Notes: generated from the sequence alone by a model not told the origin. Positions 28,574-42,897 are shown, counted from the stretch's first letter. The stretch is 64,000 nt of DNA from Octopus vulgaris (GCA_951406725.2 OX597833.1:69750001-69814000), one strand, 5' to 3'. Program-made: numbers and translations.

Positions 28574-28885
28574 TGGTGCAGGCGTTGCTGTATGGTTAAG
28601 AGTCTTGCTTCTCAGCCCTGTGGCCACGGTGCGGCACACTGGGCAAGTGTCTCCAACTATAACCCCGGGATTTGATTTTATAGATGTTTGTGTGTGTCTC
28701 TGTGTCTGCATTTGTCTCTCAAGACTACTTGACAACCGCTCGAATTTTTTGTCTTTTAACTTAGCGATTCGAAAAATGAGACCGACAGAACAAGTGCTAG
28801 GCTTTCAAAAAAGTGACTACAGTGGTCGTAAGCGCGTCAAGGCGGTGCCCCAGTATGGTCACAGTCCATTGATTGAGACAAGTTA
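28574..28885 (+). mobile_element. Old, degenerate family A SINE
   Basis: Recognisable head, gggcaagtgtct and ggcggtgccccag tail. Confidence 0.75.
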
Positions 28886-28906
28886 AAGGTAGAAGGTAAA
28901 ATATCC

Positions 28907-29070
28907 AGGCGCAGGAATGGCTGCGTGGTAAGAAGTTTGCTTCCCAGCCACGTGGTTCCGGGTTCGGTCCAACTGTGTGCCACCTTGGGTAAGTGTCTTC
29001 TACTATATCTTCGGGCCTACCAAAGCCTTGTGAGCGGATTTGGTAGACGGAAACTGCAAGAAGCCTGTTG

Positions 29071-29140
<70 letters not shown>

Positions 29141-29378
29141 TGTGTGTGTAAATGTGTGTGTGTGTGTAAGTGTGTGTGTGTGTGTGTCTCCCCGACATTG
29201 CTTGACAACCGATGTTGGTGTGTTTATTTATCTGTAACTTAGCGGTTAGGCAAAATGGGTTAATACAATAAGTACTAGACTTACAAAAACTATGCCTTGG
29301 GGTCGAATTGTTCGACTAAAAGCCGTGATCCTGCATGGCCGCATTCAAATGACTGAAACAATTAAAAGAATAAAATAA
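28907..29378 (+). mobile_element. Full-length family A SINE with expanded internal (TA)(TG)
   Basis: As 27671-28080. Confidence 0.9.
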
Positions 29379-30799
29379 TACAAGAAGACACCTAGGTAAA
29401 ATACATTTGGGAAAATAAGAAACAAAACCTCATTTAGACAAAAACATAATCCAAAGTGGAATATGAAATAAAATGGGTGAAACTAAATACTGTTTGTGGG
29501 AGGAGGAAAGGGCTCTAAAGTGTGTGGGGTGTGTAGAGCTATAATTTCGTCCAAATCCCTGCAAGGTCAAGTTTACGTTTTTCATTTCAGGGAACACAGC
29601 TTTCCTGAAGACCTTAGGTGATCAGACTCTCGGGTTGACTGTTATCAAGCTTGCTTCACAAACACATGGGGCTGAGTTCAGTTCCATTGCGTGGTACTTT
29701 GGGGTTACAACAAGTAAATGATAAAAGTTAGTGGGTGTTTCTAGATCTTGACATTATTTCACTTTCTTACCGAATGGGCCTGAGTCCCAGGCGCCACCGT
29801 CGATCGTTATAACTTCTATGGGAATGGTGATCATTTCCATAAATGATAACTTTAGCTTGTATATTATTTAATATACGCTTATTCGTCTTTATTGTTCAAA
29901 TAACTCATATCCACTTTACATGTGTGTGTGTATGTGTCTGCGTGTAAGTGTAGGTGCATCTGTATGTGAGTCTGATGATGTAGCAAAAATCCTCCTGAAA
30001 GGAGAGCAATGTTGTATGTTCAATAAACAGTTACACACACAGACACACATACACACACACACAGACACACACACGTGCTATACACACGAACATGCACACA
30101 TATATACGTACGTTCTTGCAAACATACATTCATACATATACATATAAAAGAATTCATACATACATACATACACCCACACATATAAACAAAGATATATTCA
30201 CATACAGGGATACGTACATACATGCAAAACTTCATACATACATACATAAAACACGCAGAAAACACGCAGAAAACATACATACGTACACATATATAAACCT
30301 ACATATGCCAAAGATGTTGAGCTGTTAGAACAGCAAGCAGTCGATGCTCCGGCTGTGTTTTTAAAAGCAACATTTATCAATTTCACAATATATATATATA
30401 TATAATACGTTGTGAAACTTTTTGTTAAAACATCAATTAATATCTTACCACCATTGATAAGCATAAATCATTTGTAGATTTTGTTCTCATTGTTTTTTTA
30501 AACAAGTTACATTTCTTATATACTTGTTTGTATATTTTACGAATACTTACGGAGGATATAAGTTGCTGCGGTGTAAGTCTCCTGAATAGGAGGTTGAGGT
30601 TTCGATGCATAGACTAGGCAGAGATCTGTACCTTGAACGAAGGAACATCGTTTAAGTTTCCTCATCCATTCATCTCAGAAACGCAAGCAAACGTACCAGC
30701 AATCCCCTCCCTTTCTCGGTCTCTCTCTCTATTTCTCTCCTATTTTCTCCTTCTTTATTTCTCTCTATCTTTCTCTCTCTTTCTTTCAAGCTGTCACTG

Positions 30800-30864
<65 letters not shown>

Positions 30865-30867
<3 letters not shown>

Positions 30868-31292
30868 CACAGGAATGTGTGTGTGGTAGGTAGCTTGCTT
30901 ACCAATTACATGGTTCGGCTTCAGTCCCACTGCGTGGCACCTTGGGCAAGTGTCTTCTACAATAACCTCGGGCCAACCAAAGCCTTGTGAGTGAATCTGG
31001 AAGCCGGAAACTGAAAGAAGCCCATCGTATATATATATGTATATATATACATACGTGTGTGTGTGGGGGAGTGTATGTTTGTTTGTCTGTGTTTGTCTCC
31101 TCAACATCACTTGACGACTGATGTTGGTGTCTTTATGTCCCTGCAACTTGGTGGTTCGGCAAAAGAGACCGATAGAATAAGTACTAGGCTTACAAAGAAT
31201 ATGTCCTGAGGTGGATTTTCTCGACTAAAGGCGATGCTCCAGCATGGCCGCAGTCAGATTAATGAAACAAGTAACAGAATAATAGAATATTA
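30865..31292 (+). mobile_element. Full-length family A SINE
   Basis: As 27671-28080. Confidence 0.9.
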
Positions 31293-31840
31293 GAATATAT
31301 ATCACGACAGGTGTTTTCTCGAAGAGTTCCTTAATTGGGAACAAAACTGTTGTGTTGTTTTCTTTCACAACAGCAGAGATATATCATTCAAAGTCAATTC
31401 TCTGTGCTTGCCATTTTCTTTATCACTTAAAGCCATCCGACTCTATTCGTAACAAACATGCTTTGGTGTGGCTTTCACCAAAAGGTGCTTCACAATAATC
31501 ATTTGATCTATATTTTCTTTTAAAGCGGCTGAAATATTTTGATTCAAAATCCATTTTTTTGCTTTACATATTATGGCTTAACAATATTTTTTTGTAATTG
31601 ACCAAGTTTCAATTATTTTATCTCAAAATGAAGCTTAGGAATGTGCTACCATTGCTAAGAAATGTGCATTCAATTTGGTTCAGAACTGAATTAATGATGA
31701 AGCCTAGAAGTGCTCACGTGTGACTAAAAGTTCACCTTATGAACTTTTAGTGAGGAAGCAGTAGGCGAATGTCTTTTTTGTCTATGCTTATATATGTGTC
31801 TCATATATTTTGTATATGCATATATATGTGTGTATATATA

Positions 31841-31911
<71 letters not shown>

Positions 31912-32176
31912 ACAGAGTGAGAGAGTGGAGGATAGATGTATATATATAGAGAGAGAGATCTATATATAGATATAGATAATAAATAGATAGATGTACTTGT
32001 GTATGCATATGTATGTGTATATATTTATATATATATATGTGTAGGTATATATATATATATATATATATATATTACAAGTATATATATTTATATATACATA
32101 TACATATAAATGTATACTTTTATATATATATGCAAATATATATACTCCTATATGTATATATATATATATGTGTAGA

Positions 32177-32212
<36 letters not shown>

Positions 32213-32802
32213 TACATTCACACAGGCACACATGTAGTTAGAGATGGGATAGGTACAGAGAGAGAGAGAGAGGGAGAGAGAGAGGGTGATATGTGAAAGT
32301 CGAAAGCTAAGACGACGAAACGAGAATAAGTCACTATCATAGGTCTACCGGATCAACACTGACCCGGGGCTAAAGAACAACAACAACAATAGCATCATGA
32401 AATTATCCAAATAATAGAATTTTTATTACGTATTTAGCTCCTGGTTATATTCTGATATTTTTCGAGTTTCATTAAATATATTTCATACATCATCGTTTAA
32501 CCAAAAATGGTATTTTCAATGTTTTATTTATTAAATTTTAAGTTTCTTTTATTTTATTTCGTATTCCTGCAAACGACAAATGTTTCCAAAAAATCTTTTG
32601 GAATATTTAAAATTCTTAAGGGATCAGTTATTTCGTCAATCACAATGCTGAGGGCAATGAACACAATTTAAAATATCTTTGTATCGAATGCTGCGTATCG
32701 ATACACTAATTCAGAGATATCCGCGAGCAAATCATGTATTTTGAGGAAAACGAAATTACAACAGGGTTCTGGAACACGAACACACACACGAACACACACA
32801 CG

Positions 32803-32842
<40 letters not shown>

Positions 32843-33026
32843 CACACACACACAAGTAGGGAGAGAGACAAAGGGGGGGGGGAAGGACAGATATTGGCAA
32901 TTTGCAGGGAGATATTTTGATAGGTAGAAAGAGAGATAATATAACTGCAGCTTTAGATGTGTGTGTGTGAGTGTGTGTGTACGTTTCTGTGGGGAAGGAA
33001 TATAAATGTATACATGAGCACACACA

Positions 33027-33073
<47 letters not shown>

Positions 33074-33146
33074 ATACAAACTTATCGACCTGTATATATA
33101 TATATATATATATAAATGTTTTGCGTTCTTGTCCCATTTTGTATTA

Positions 33147-33217
<71 letters not shown>

Positions 33218-33303
33218 AATATTTATAAATGTATACATACACACATGCATACTTATTCAACGAAGCGCTGTAGGTATGAGTTTGTGCTTGTATATTTATA
33301 TGT

Positions 33304-33340
<37 letters not shown>

Positions 33341-33360
33341 TAAACAGAGAGAGGGAGGGA

Positions 33361-33396
<36 letters not shown>

Positions 33397-33720
33397 ACTC
33401 GTGTGCTTTTCGGTACATGTTTCTCCGTAATTGTGACCGTAATGAACTGTGCGAAAACCGAAATAGCAAAGAATAAGTATATGTTGAATTTCCTTTTCTT
33501 GGAGAGCTTGGAAAGGCGATTGCTGGTTATCAAAAATAGCTGCTAAATTGCATATGTACACAATTACTCACGTAGACAATCGCCTACGTAAATTGTATGC
33601 AGTGATACTACTGCAAAACCCTTTGAATCGATACTAAGCGTCATGCATATCGAGGTACGATGCGATTAATAGCATTTGACGCTAAATATATATATATATA
33701 TAAAATATATATAAATAAAT

Positions 33721-33970
33721 ATGGCCCAGTGGTTAGAGCAGCGAACTCGCGGTCGAAGGATCGCGGGTTCGAATTTCAGACCGAGCGATGTGTGTGTGTT
33801 TATGATTGAAACACCTAAGCTCCACGCGGCTCCAGCAGAAGTTAATGGCGAACTTCTGCTGACTCCTTCGCCACGACTTTCTCTCACTCTTTCCTCCTGC
33901 ATGGATACGCCAAGGAAACCGGGAAACTGGCCCTAAGGGCCAGGCATAGCTCGAGAAGGAACAAACAACA
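33721..33970 (+). mobile_element. tRNA-derived SINE, family C
   Basis: A box tggcccagtgg, B box ggttcgaatttc, ggaaaccgggaaactggccc 3' region, (aac)n tail. Confidence 0.8.
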
Positions 33971-34098
33971 ATATATATAAATATAGAATGTCACTGTATA
34001 AACAAAATACATATTTACATCGTAGTGACGGCCTACAACACACACGTTCTCTCATACATACATTCAATCAAATATTCCCACATAAGTTAAATATTCCT

Positions 34099-35067
34099 TA
34101 TTTATTTACTACCCACAAGGGGCTAAACATAGAGGGAACAAACAAGGACAGACAAAAGGATTACATCGATCTCAGTGCATAACTGATACTTATTTAATCG
34201 ACCCCGAAAGGATGAAAAGCAAAGTCGACCTCGGCGGAATTTGAACTCAGAACGAAATACTGGCAGACGAAATACCTATTTCTGTACTACCCACAAGGGG
34301 CTAAACACAGAGAGGACAAACAAGGACAGACAAAGGGATTAAATCGATTATATCGACCCCAGTGCGTAACTGGTACTTATTTAATCGACTCCGAAAGGAT
34401 GAAAAGCAAAGTCGACCTCGGCGGAATTTGAACTCAGAACGAAATACTGGCAGACGAAATACCTATTTCTGTACTACCCACAAGGGGCTAAACACAGAGA
34501 GGACAAACAAGGACAGACAAAGGGATTAAATCGATTATATCGACCCCAGTGCGTAACTGGTACTTATTTAATCGACTCCGAAAGGATGAAAAGCAAAGTC
34601 GACCTCGGCGGAATTTGAACTCAGAACGAAATACTGGCAGACGAAATACCTATTTCTGTACTACCCACAAGGGGCTAAACACAGAGAGGACAAACAAGGA
34701 CAGACAAAGGGATTAAATCGATTATATCGACCCCAGTGCGTAACTGGTACTTATTTAATCGACTCCGAAAGGATGAAAAGCAAAGTCGACCTCGGCGGAA
34801 TTTGAACTCAGAACGAAATACTGGCAGACGAAATACCTATTTCTGTACTACCCACAAGGGCTAAACACAGAGAGGACAAACAAGGACAGACAAAGGGATT
34901 AAATCGATTATATCGACCCCAGTGCGTAACTGGTACTTATTTAATCGACTCCGAAAGGATGAAAGGTAAAGTCGACCTCGGCGGAATTTGAACTCAGAAC
35001 GTAGCTGCAGACAAAATACCATTAAGCGTGTCGCCCGGTGTGCTAACAATTCTGCCAGCTCGCAGCC
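34099..35067 (-). repeat. Tandem array of family B SINE bodies, 187-bp unit x5, single head
   Basis: Unit starts at 34277, 34464, 34651, 34838 (187-bp spacing); head only at ~35020-35067. Confidence 0.95.
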
Positions 35068-35687
35068 CTATCTTAGGTATATATTGGCAGGTGTGTATAC
35101 GCCAGTGAGTCTGTATGCGTGTGTGTATATGGATGCTCTTATAATGATAGATGTGATGCCGCTTGTACAGACTCATGTGACTGAGGCACCGCTGTATGGA
35201 TCTACAAATCTTCATTGATAGCCTTATCAGATATCTAATTCCTTTATATTAAAATGTTAAGGCTTCGGTAAGCGAAGCTGCTACAACATGGAGAATTGTA
35301 TAGAAATAGCGCAGATGACTGCCGTGAATTGCCATTGTGGTATTATTCTTCGCAATCCATGGATTTAAATGTATTGTTTTCCGATTTAAATCATCGGAGT
35401 TTCTGAAATATCCCAAATTACCCGTATTGAATGGAAACAGCGGTTATTAAACTAATTTTCCTTTTCATTAACACATATGTTATTGACACTGAATACGGAG
35501 CAATATCGAATACAGAGCCTTCATTAATGTCACAATCCATAGTGGTTTCAAGTCTTGGTACCAGGTCAGCAGTTCCGAGGAAGGGGCTTAGTCAGTCACA
35601 TCAAGCTCAGACCCTAATGCACACACCTCTATAGTGTTTGTATGTTTGGATATACAAGTGTATGTATCTGTGTGTATATACATATAC

Positions 35688-35918
35688 AGCGGCGAGCTGG
35701 CAGAAACGTTAGCACGCCGGGCGAAATGCGTAGCCGTATTTCGTCTGCCGCTACGTTCTGAGTTCAAATTCCGCCGAGGTCGACTTTGCCTTTCATCCTT
35801 TCGGGGTCGATTAAATAAGTACCAGTTACCCACTGGAGTCGATGTAATCGACTTAATCCGTTTGTCTGTCCTTGTTTGTCCCCTCTGTGTTTAGCCCCTT
35901 GTGGGTAGTAAAGAAATA
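35688..35918 (+). mobile_element. Full-length, well-preserved family B SINE
   Basis: Head, B box, gcctttcatcctttcggggtcga core, agccccttgtgggtagtaaagaaata tail. Confidence 0.93.
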
Positions 35919-35978
35919 ATATATATATATGTGTGTGTTTGTGTGTGTTTGTCTATATGTCAGTGTATGTCTGTGTAA

Positions 35979-36031
<53 letters not shown>

Positions 36032-36037
36032 TATATA

Positions 36038-36136
36038 TACGAAGGTGAGTCAAAACGTAATACCATTTTGTTTAGGGCAGGTATGATTACCAACACAGGA
36101 AGACGTGTCATGCATCAAAATGACGTCCTGTACCCA
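36038..36136. mobile_element. Mariner-type end fragment
   Basis: TA-CGAAGGTGAGTCAAAA start. Confidence 0.45.
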
Positions 36137-36143
36137 TATATGC

Positions 36144-36174
<31 letters not shown>

Positions 36175-36904
36175 CGTGTGTGTGTAGGTATGTGTGTGTA
36201 TGTGTGTGTGTATGTATGTATATATGCACATACATATATTTTATTTTTTATATGATTGAACGCTACGCATCCACTATTTGTATATACATATACAAGGTAT
36301 GTAGGTATATAGGTAGGTACAATAAATTCAGGGTGAATACTTGATAAGTGTAAGCACCTGTATATGCCAACTAGTAGCAGAGGTGAGAGGGTATATGCAT
36401 CAAATGAAATTAAAAAAACAGAACACAAAGGATGTCGCGGTACACGTGTTTCAAGCTTTATAAAACAACTGATTCTTACATCAATGTGTACATATATATA
36501 TATATAAGAATGAATGTTTTTATATATAATGAACGTGAAATACAGGAAGGGACGAACACGGAACACAGACAAATCATTCGAAGCCTTCAATCTTCAGTCA
36601 GACACCGAATCATCATAGCAAATTTCGGCTGTTCAATTCTGATATTTGCTCCAACTCGGCCAGCCCCAAGAAAAAAAACTAAGCTGTAAACATTAGATTT
36701 CTTGGTAGAAGACAGGAATGTGAACGCACAAGACGGATGTAAATACAAGAGACGAAAACGAAATTGAAAACAGTAATGAATAAACAAAATATATATAACG
36801 ATGGTTGTCATACGACTTTAGACCAAATGAGACAAAAACAACAACAACATAGCTGGCGTAGAAATAATTACCGTTTCGGTAGCGGGGACACATGTTGGTC
36901 GAGA

Positions 36905-36940
<36 letters not shown>

Positions 36941-37274
36941 CATATGCACTTAAGACACTATATATACACTTAGAACGGTATTCAGAGTGAATCAGTGTGA
37001 TATCTTAAGAAGATCGCGTACAACACAGCAGGTCCGCGATCTGTTGACACACTTCTTCAGTCGACATTATCTTTGACTAATCTGTCGCTTCAGTGTCTTT
37101 CGTATTACTGTTTCCCTCTTTCGAAACCCATTGATTCTTAAAACTTTCTCGACACATCCATGATGCCATGTATGCAGTTTTGGTAGAACGAAGATTCGAT
37201 ACAACCGGTAACAAGATCACAATCAGTTAGGAAGCAATACACGTAAAATGTGCGTGTGTGTATGTGTGTGATTT

Positions 37275-37306
<32 letters not shown>

Positions 37307-37391
37307 TCGCGGAATAAAAGTAGCGATTTCACAAATACGGTAGTGTACTTTAAAAAAAAATTGTAAGCTAACAACTGAATACATAACACTT

Positions 37392-37689
37392 CAGTGAAAT
37401 TTTATATGAAGAAATAAAAGACCATTGAAAAGGTTGCAAGACGCAACGAAAATTTTAGGAAAATATAAATAAGAAATAAGTGGAAATTTTACCGGTGAGT
37501 GTGTTACATTATAAGGCACAAAAAGAAAATTACTCTCCCCAGACACAACAGAATATGCTTCAACACACGAACTCATATAAAGAATCTTGCAAACCAAATC
37601 CAAAAACGAAATATAATTTAGCTATTCAGAAAAAAATCCTCGATCCAAAGTTTGACTTTAACGAAACGGCAGACAACTACATTGCTCGC

Positions 37690-37762
<73 letters not shown>

Positions 37763-37970
37763 AAGCAATATCTACATTATAAGGCACAAAAAGAAAATGA
37801 TTCTCCCCAGACACAACAGAACATGCTTCAACACACGAACTCATATAAAGAATCTTGCAAACCAAATCCAAAAACGAAATATAATTTAGCTATTCCGAAA
37901 AAAATCCTCGATCCAAAGTTTTAACTTTAAGGAAACGGCAGACAACTACATTGCTCGCGTATAGTTAATG
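37392..37970 (+). mobile_element. Penelope-like repeat with partial tandem duplication split by (TA)n
   Basis: 37505-37693 repeated at 37772-37962; same family at 62535-62782 and 52529-52570. Confidence 0.75.
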
Positions 37971-38341
37971 CTTGTTATCCAGCAATGGTGATGTGGCGCT
38001 CATTTCATCTCCAGTAATGGTGTAGATTATGAGTTCTATTAGAAGAGGGCACATGGGTTCCTTTACTATCAATTTATGAAATGTTCCCTGTATTTTTGTT
38101 ATCATTGAAGGACAAAATAATGTCCAGCTTCCCCAAGATTATTTATATATATATGATTTTTCACGGTCATGTGTGTATGACTATTATGTATATACACATA
38201 CACACGTATATGAATATATGTAGGTATAATAATAATATATGCGTGTATATATATATATATGTGTGTGTGTGTATTCTTTTACTTGTTTCAGCTATGCGGC
38301 TGCGTTCGTTCTGGAGGACCACCAAGTATATATTCATATGC

Positions 38342-38428
<87 letters not shown>

Positions 38429-38429
38429 G

Positions 38430-38636
38430 GTCCCGGGTTGAGTCGGGGTTAACCACAGTAAAAAAGGTACTCAATACATAGCAGAGTAAATTAATTTATT
38501 TTATAGAAGGAACTTCTACAGGACTAGAACTGTTTCATTCAAAAGAAATCATCAGGAAGATATAAGAGTTCCTAATGATTTCTTTTGAATGGAAACAGTT
38601 CTAGTCCTGTAGAAGCTCCTTCTATAAAATAAATTA
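38430..38636. mobile_element. Fold-back Penelope-like repeat in (TA)n with two opposed hammerheads
   Basis: 38492-38559 is the imperfect reverse complement of 38566-38636. Confidence 0.8.
38513..38559 (-). ncRNA. Type-I hammerhead ribozyme motif, intact core
   Basis: CUUC-CUGAUGA-U-UUC-UUUU-GAA-U-GAA-ACAG-UUCUAGUC-CUGU-A-GAAG; weak stem II. Confidence 0.72.
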
Positions 38637-38725
38637 TATATATATGTATATATTTATATTTATACATTTATATATATTTGTATCTATATATATATGTGTT
38701 TGTGTATTTAAAGATAGAAAAATAA

Positions 38726-38769
<44 letters not shown>

Positions 38770-38774
38770 GTAGG

Positions 38775-38809
<35 letters not shown>

Positions 38810-39030
38810 TCAGACAGACAAACACCCATACGCAAGCATAAGTGCACGCAGACATATATATCTTCGCGAAATGGAATTGGAGCGAAATTAATGGAGAGAA
38901 TATAATGATAAAATTTCCAAAAATGTGATGAATTAAACAATAAAATATCGTATATAAGATATAATAATGATGAATAATACCCTGCATAATATATTTAAAT
39001 CTATCTATCCATCTATCAACATATATATAC

Positions 39031-39076
<46 letters not shown>

Positions 39077-39107
39077 AACGACGTGCTTTCACACACCAAC
39101 TCTCTCA

Positions 39108-39234
<127 letters not shown>

Positions 39235-39798
39235 AATATATATTGCATGTTATATAGAACATAATTTATCAATTTTAAATATGATATTTAATATATAGAA
39301 ATTACAGGAAATAATATGAATAAGACACACAAGAATAGGTATAATGTAAAATTAGAGAAATATAAATAGAAGGGACAACATAATATTGAATGAAATGTCT
39401 AATATATGTTCTATAGAATATGTACAATAAACTATAAAATGTTAACGGAAATAGAAACAGTAATAATAGAAATAATGAAATAATAAAGGGTATTAATGAA
39501 TAAAATGAAAAAAATGAAAAAAATATGACAGCCATCTTTCTTTTTCCGTCCACGAACCCTATTGAATAAGGTTTATGTTATATTATATCAGTTATCATTT
39601 AAATGTTTCAGTCACTGGACAACTTTCATACTGGTGTACAGTATTTCTTAGTGAAACAAATTGACCCTAGAACGTACATGGTGAGTAAGATATTCGAGGA
39701 TAGATTTGTGTTTATAAAAAACAACGATGAATAAGTGATAATAACTTTATTGCTAAAGAAATCTATGAGGATAAGAATAAACCTTCTTTTCTATAATG

Positions 39799-40560
39799 TT
39801 ATTCAATAAAGATACTTTCAGCTTCAATAACTGCTTCAATAGCTGCTTCTATACGAGATCTATATCGTCCGCATGCTCCAGTCAAGCGGTCCTGATTCAT
39901 TTAGTGCATTACTCTGACTATGATGACTTTCAAAGAATCTTTGGTGTTATTGGCATGTTCATTGACTTCTCTCGCAACAACGTTCCACACGTAATAGTCC
40001 AACGGATTGAGATCTGGGCAATTAGGAGACCAAATGTTAGGGGTTGTGTGATCAGGAAAATCTTCAGTCATTCATTCCTACTTTTCTTGAGCTTTGTGTG
40101 ATGGTGCAGAGTCTTGCTAAAACACATATGGCCTTCCATTCCATATACTTTCTATCCAGGGCTTAACACCTGCTTCCAGAACCTCAATGTAGGCGGCAGA
40201 TTTAACTTTAAGGCATTGTGGAAAGAAGTAAAAAGTCATCACGTGTTCTTTCTTGTGACAGCCCTCAAAACCATGGCAGTCGCAGGACATTTTGTATGTA
40301 TAACCCATAGAACTTCGGAAGGGTCTGCACATAACCATCTGTCATTTCTTCAGTTGACTTTTTAAACTTGGTCGACGTTTTCCTCGTCTGAGAAAAACCA
40401 AATCAAATATTTTTTTCTGCAAGAGCGTTTTGGATCTCATGTAGCAATTTTCTTCTGCTTTTTCCTAGATAAATTGACCTTTTCTCGTCACATGAGTCAT
40501 ATCTGATGTCTTTGTGGAAACATTTCTGACTGTTCCTTCTGAAATGTGGAGATTTGGACA
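39799..40560 (-). pseudogene. Decayed DD37D (maT-type) transposase
   Basis: YIEVLEAGVKPW...RPYVF*QDSAPSHKA...IWSPNCPDLNPLDYYVW; 37 residues between the second and third Asp; several stops. Confidence 0.88.
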
Positions 40561-40617
40561 CCTTGTGAGCTAGAGATTATAGCATTTCACTCTGCAAGTA
40601 ATTTTATATATATATAT

Positions 40618-40727
<110 letters not shown>

Positions 40728-41054
40728 TTCAAGTGAACACGCAGGTGTCCAGTACTGAGGAGTTGCAGATATAGGAAACGGTAGGGGTTCACTGCCCTGC
40801 ACACAATTTTATTGGATGCTGCTGCATATTGTTTACCAGCTAGTGGATATGTCATCTTGGGGTTAAAACATGTTATATATATGTTTGTGTGTGAGTGTGT
40901 GTGTCTGTGTGTGTGTGTATGCGTATGTATGTGTATGTATGTATATATGTGTGTATGTATGTATATATGCCTGTAGATATATATATATATATATCAAAAT
41001 GTGGATCGCTGGCGATTATTTTCTTCCGCTTTCTTGGACTTTCTTCCGTCTCCT

Positions 41055-41089
41055 GTTTCTGACGAAGAGCTTTGCTCGAAACGTAAAAC
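41055..41089 (+). ncRNA. Minimal hammerhead motif, intact core, in a Penelope-like repeat at ~40995-41190
   Basis: GUUU-CUGACGA-A-GAGC-UUU-GCUC-GAAAC-GUA-AAAC. Confidence 0.72.
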
Positions 41090-41301
41090 TACCTTCCTCA
41101 CCTCCCCTGAGCGTCTGTTAATACTTGGCATGTACCACGCCTTCAAGTCGTTCTTTTTTCTTGTGTTGTTTCTTGGTTAGTTTCAGATTAAATATATATA
41201 TGTATATATATACATGTATGTGTGATATATGTGTGAGTGTGTGTATGCGTATGTGCATTTGTGTGTGCACGTGTATATGTGTTAGAGATATTCAGTAAAA
41301 T

Positions 41302-41332
<31 letters not shown>

Positions 41333-41834
41333 AATACACACACTTATGCATTACTATATATGTGTATGTGTACCTGTTCATGTATGTCTTTACGCAAGTT
41401 TGTATTTATGTATGTATCGAGACACGATTTATAGAAGTTGAGTCGTTAAGGTATCCTATACATCTTAGCGTTTGATATAAAAATAAAATAGAATAACATA
41501 TCGCATGATGGATAAAATATCAAAGCGTAATTATATTCCTACGACAATGTATCTATCTTGAAACGTATGCACGCGTGTATATTTCCATAGAAATGGATGA
41601 CCAGATAATTATATTTCTGACGATATTCATCTTCAGTGTTGAAAACATTATTGTAAGGGTTATTTCCGAGCGAATTCCAAAGGAATTCGCTACTTGCCGT
41701 TCTATTTTTTTTTTTTATCTTCCATTTAGAAAATTGTAATAGATTGCGAATACGAAAACTATGATTTACTGGCGCATTAAATATGCCAAATGATAATTTT
41801 ATCGATTATTGATTACATATATATACATACATAC

Positions 41835-41866
<32 letters not shown>

Positions 41867-41899
41867 GTGTGTGTGTGTATAAATGTATATATATATATG

Positions 41900-41933
<34 letters not shown>

Positions 41934-41943
41934 TATGTATGTA

Positions 41944-41984
<41 letters not shown>

Positions 41985-42021
41985 ATAGGTAGATATAGAT
42001 ATATGCATATATATATATATG

Positions 42022-42063
<42 letters not shown>

Positions 42064-42126
42064 TATATATATACATAAATACATATATATACACATACAT
42101 ACACACATACATATATATATATATAT

Positions 42127-42162
<36 letters not shown>

Positions 42163-42301
42163 ATCTATGTATTTGTATATGTATATATATTTATGTATAT
42201 ACAACTTATCTTCATACTGTTAATTATAGATCTAATGATTTCCAAGAATACACCACATTTTTTTATATATATTTTTTTATTTTTTTTTTTTTTTTTTTTT
42301 T

Positions 42302-42338
<37 letters not shown>

Positions 42339-42521
42339 TATATATATATATATATTATTTTTTTTTTTTATATATATATTTTTTTTTTTTTCTTTTTTTT
42401 TATATATGTTTTTTTTTTTTGTTTTATTTTTATTTTTGTTTTGTTTTTATTTTTATATGTTATGTATTAGTGGATTTTTATATTTATTTTGTTTTATTTT
42501 GTGGTGTTGTTGTTGTGTATG

Positions 42522-42562
<41 letters not shown>

Positions 42563-42706
42563 ACAGATAAATACGAGAAAATCATATACAGCAATGTTAC
42601 AGCTCCCGATTTCCCAAGAGAAAAACGAAAATAGGAGATCAATGCTGGGAAGAAATGACTAGAAAAAATTCACAATCCAAGAGATAGAAACAAATATATG
42701 CATATA

Positions 42707-42817
<111 letters not shown>

Positions 42818-42897
42818 ATATATATACATTATATATGTATGTATGTATATGTATATGCTTCTGTGCGTGTTTGCGTGTGTATGTGTGTAAACAGAAA

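Noticed and set aside
33721-33785. tRNA gene candidates (also 57227-57301 and the SINE heads)
   Set aside because: No intact acceptor stem, and they continue into SINE bodies
34099-35067. CRISPR-like regular array
   Set aside because: Whole 187-bp units repeat without unique spacers; SINE-derived; eukaryotic context
36560-36605. Minus-strand CUGAAGA..GAAU in a TA-flanked repeat
   Set aside because: Position 15.1 is U and stems I and III cannot be formed convincingly
40750-40790. CUGAGGA...GAAAC-GGUA
   Set aside because: Stem II is mostly wobble pairs and there is no stem I; consistent with chance
41612-41655. CUGACGA...GAAA
   Set aside because: No closing stem I
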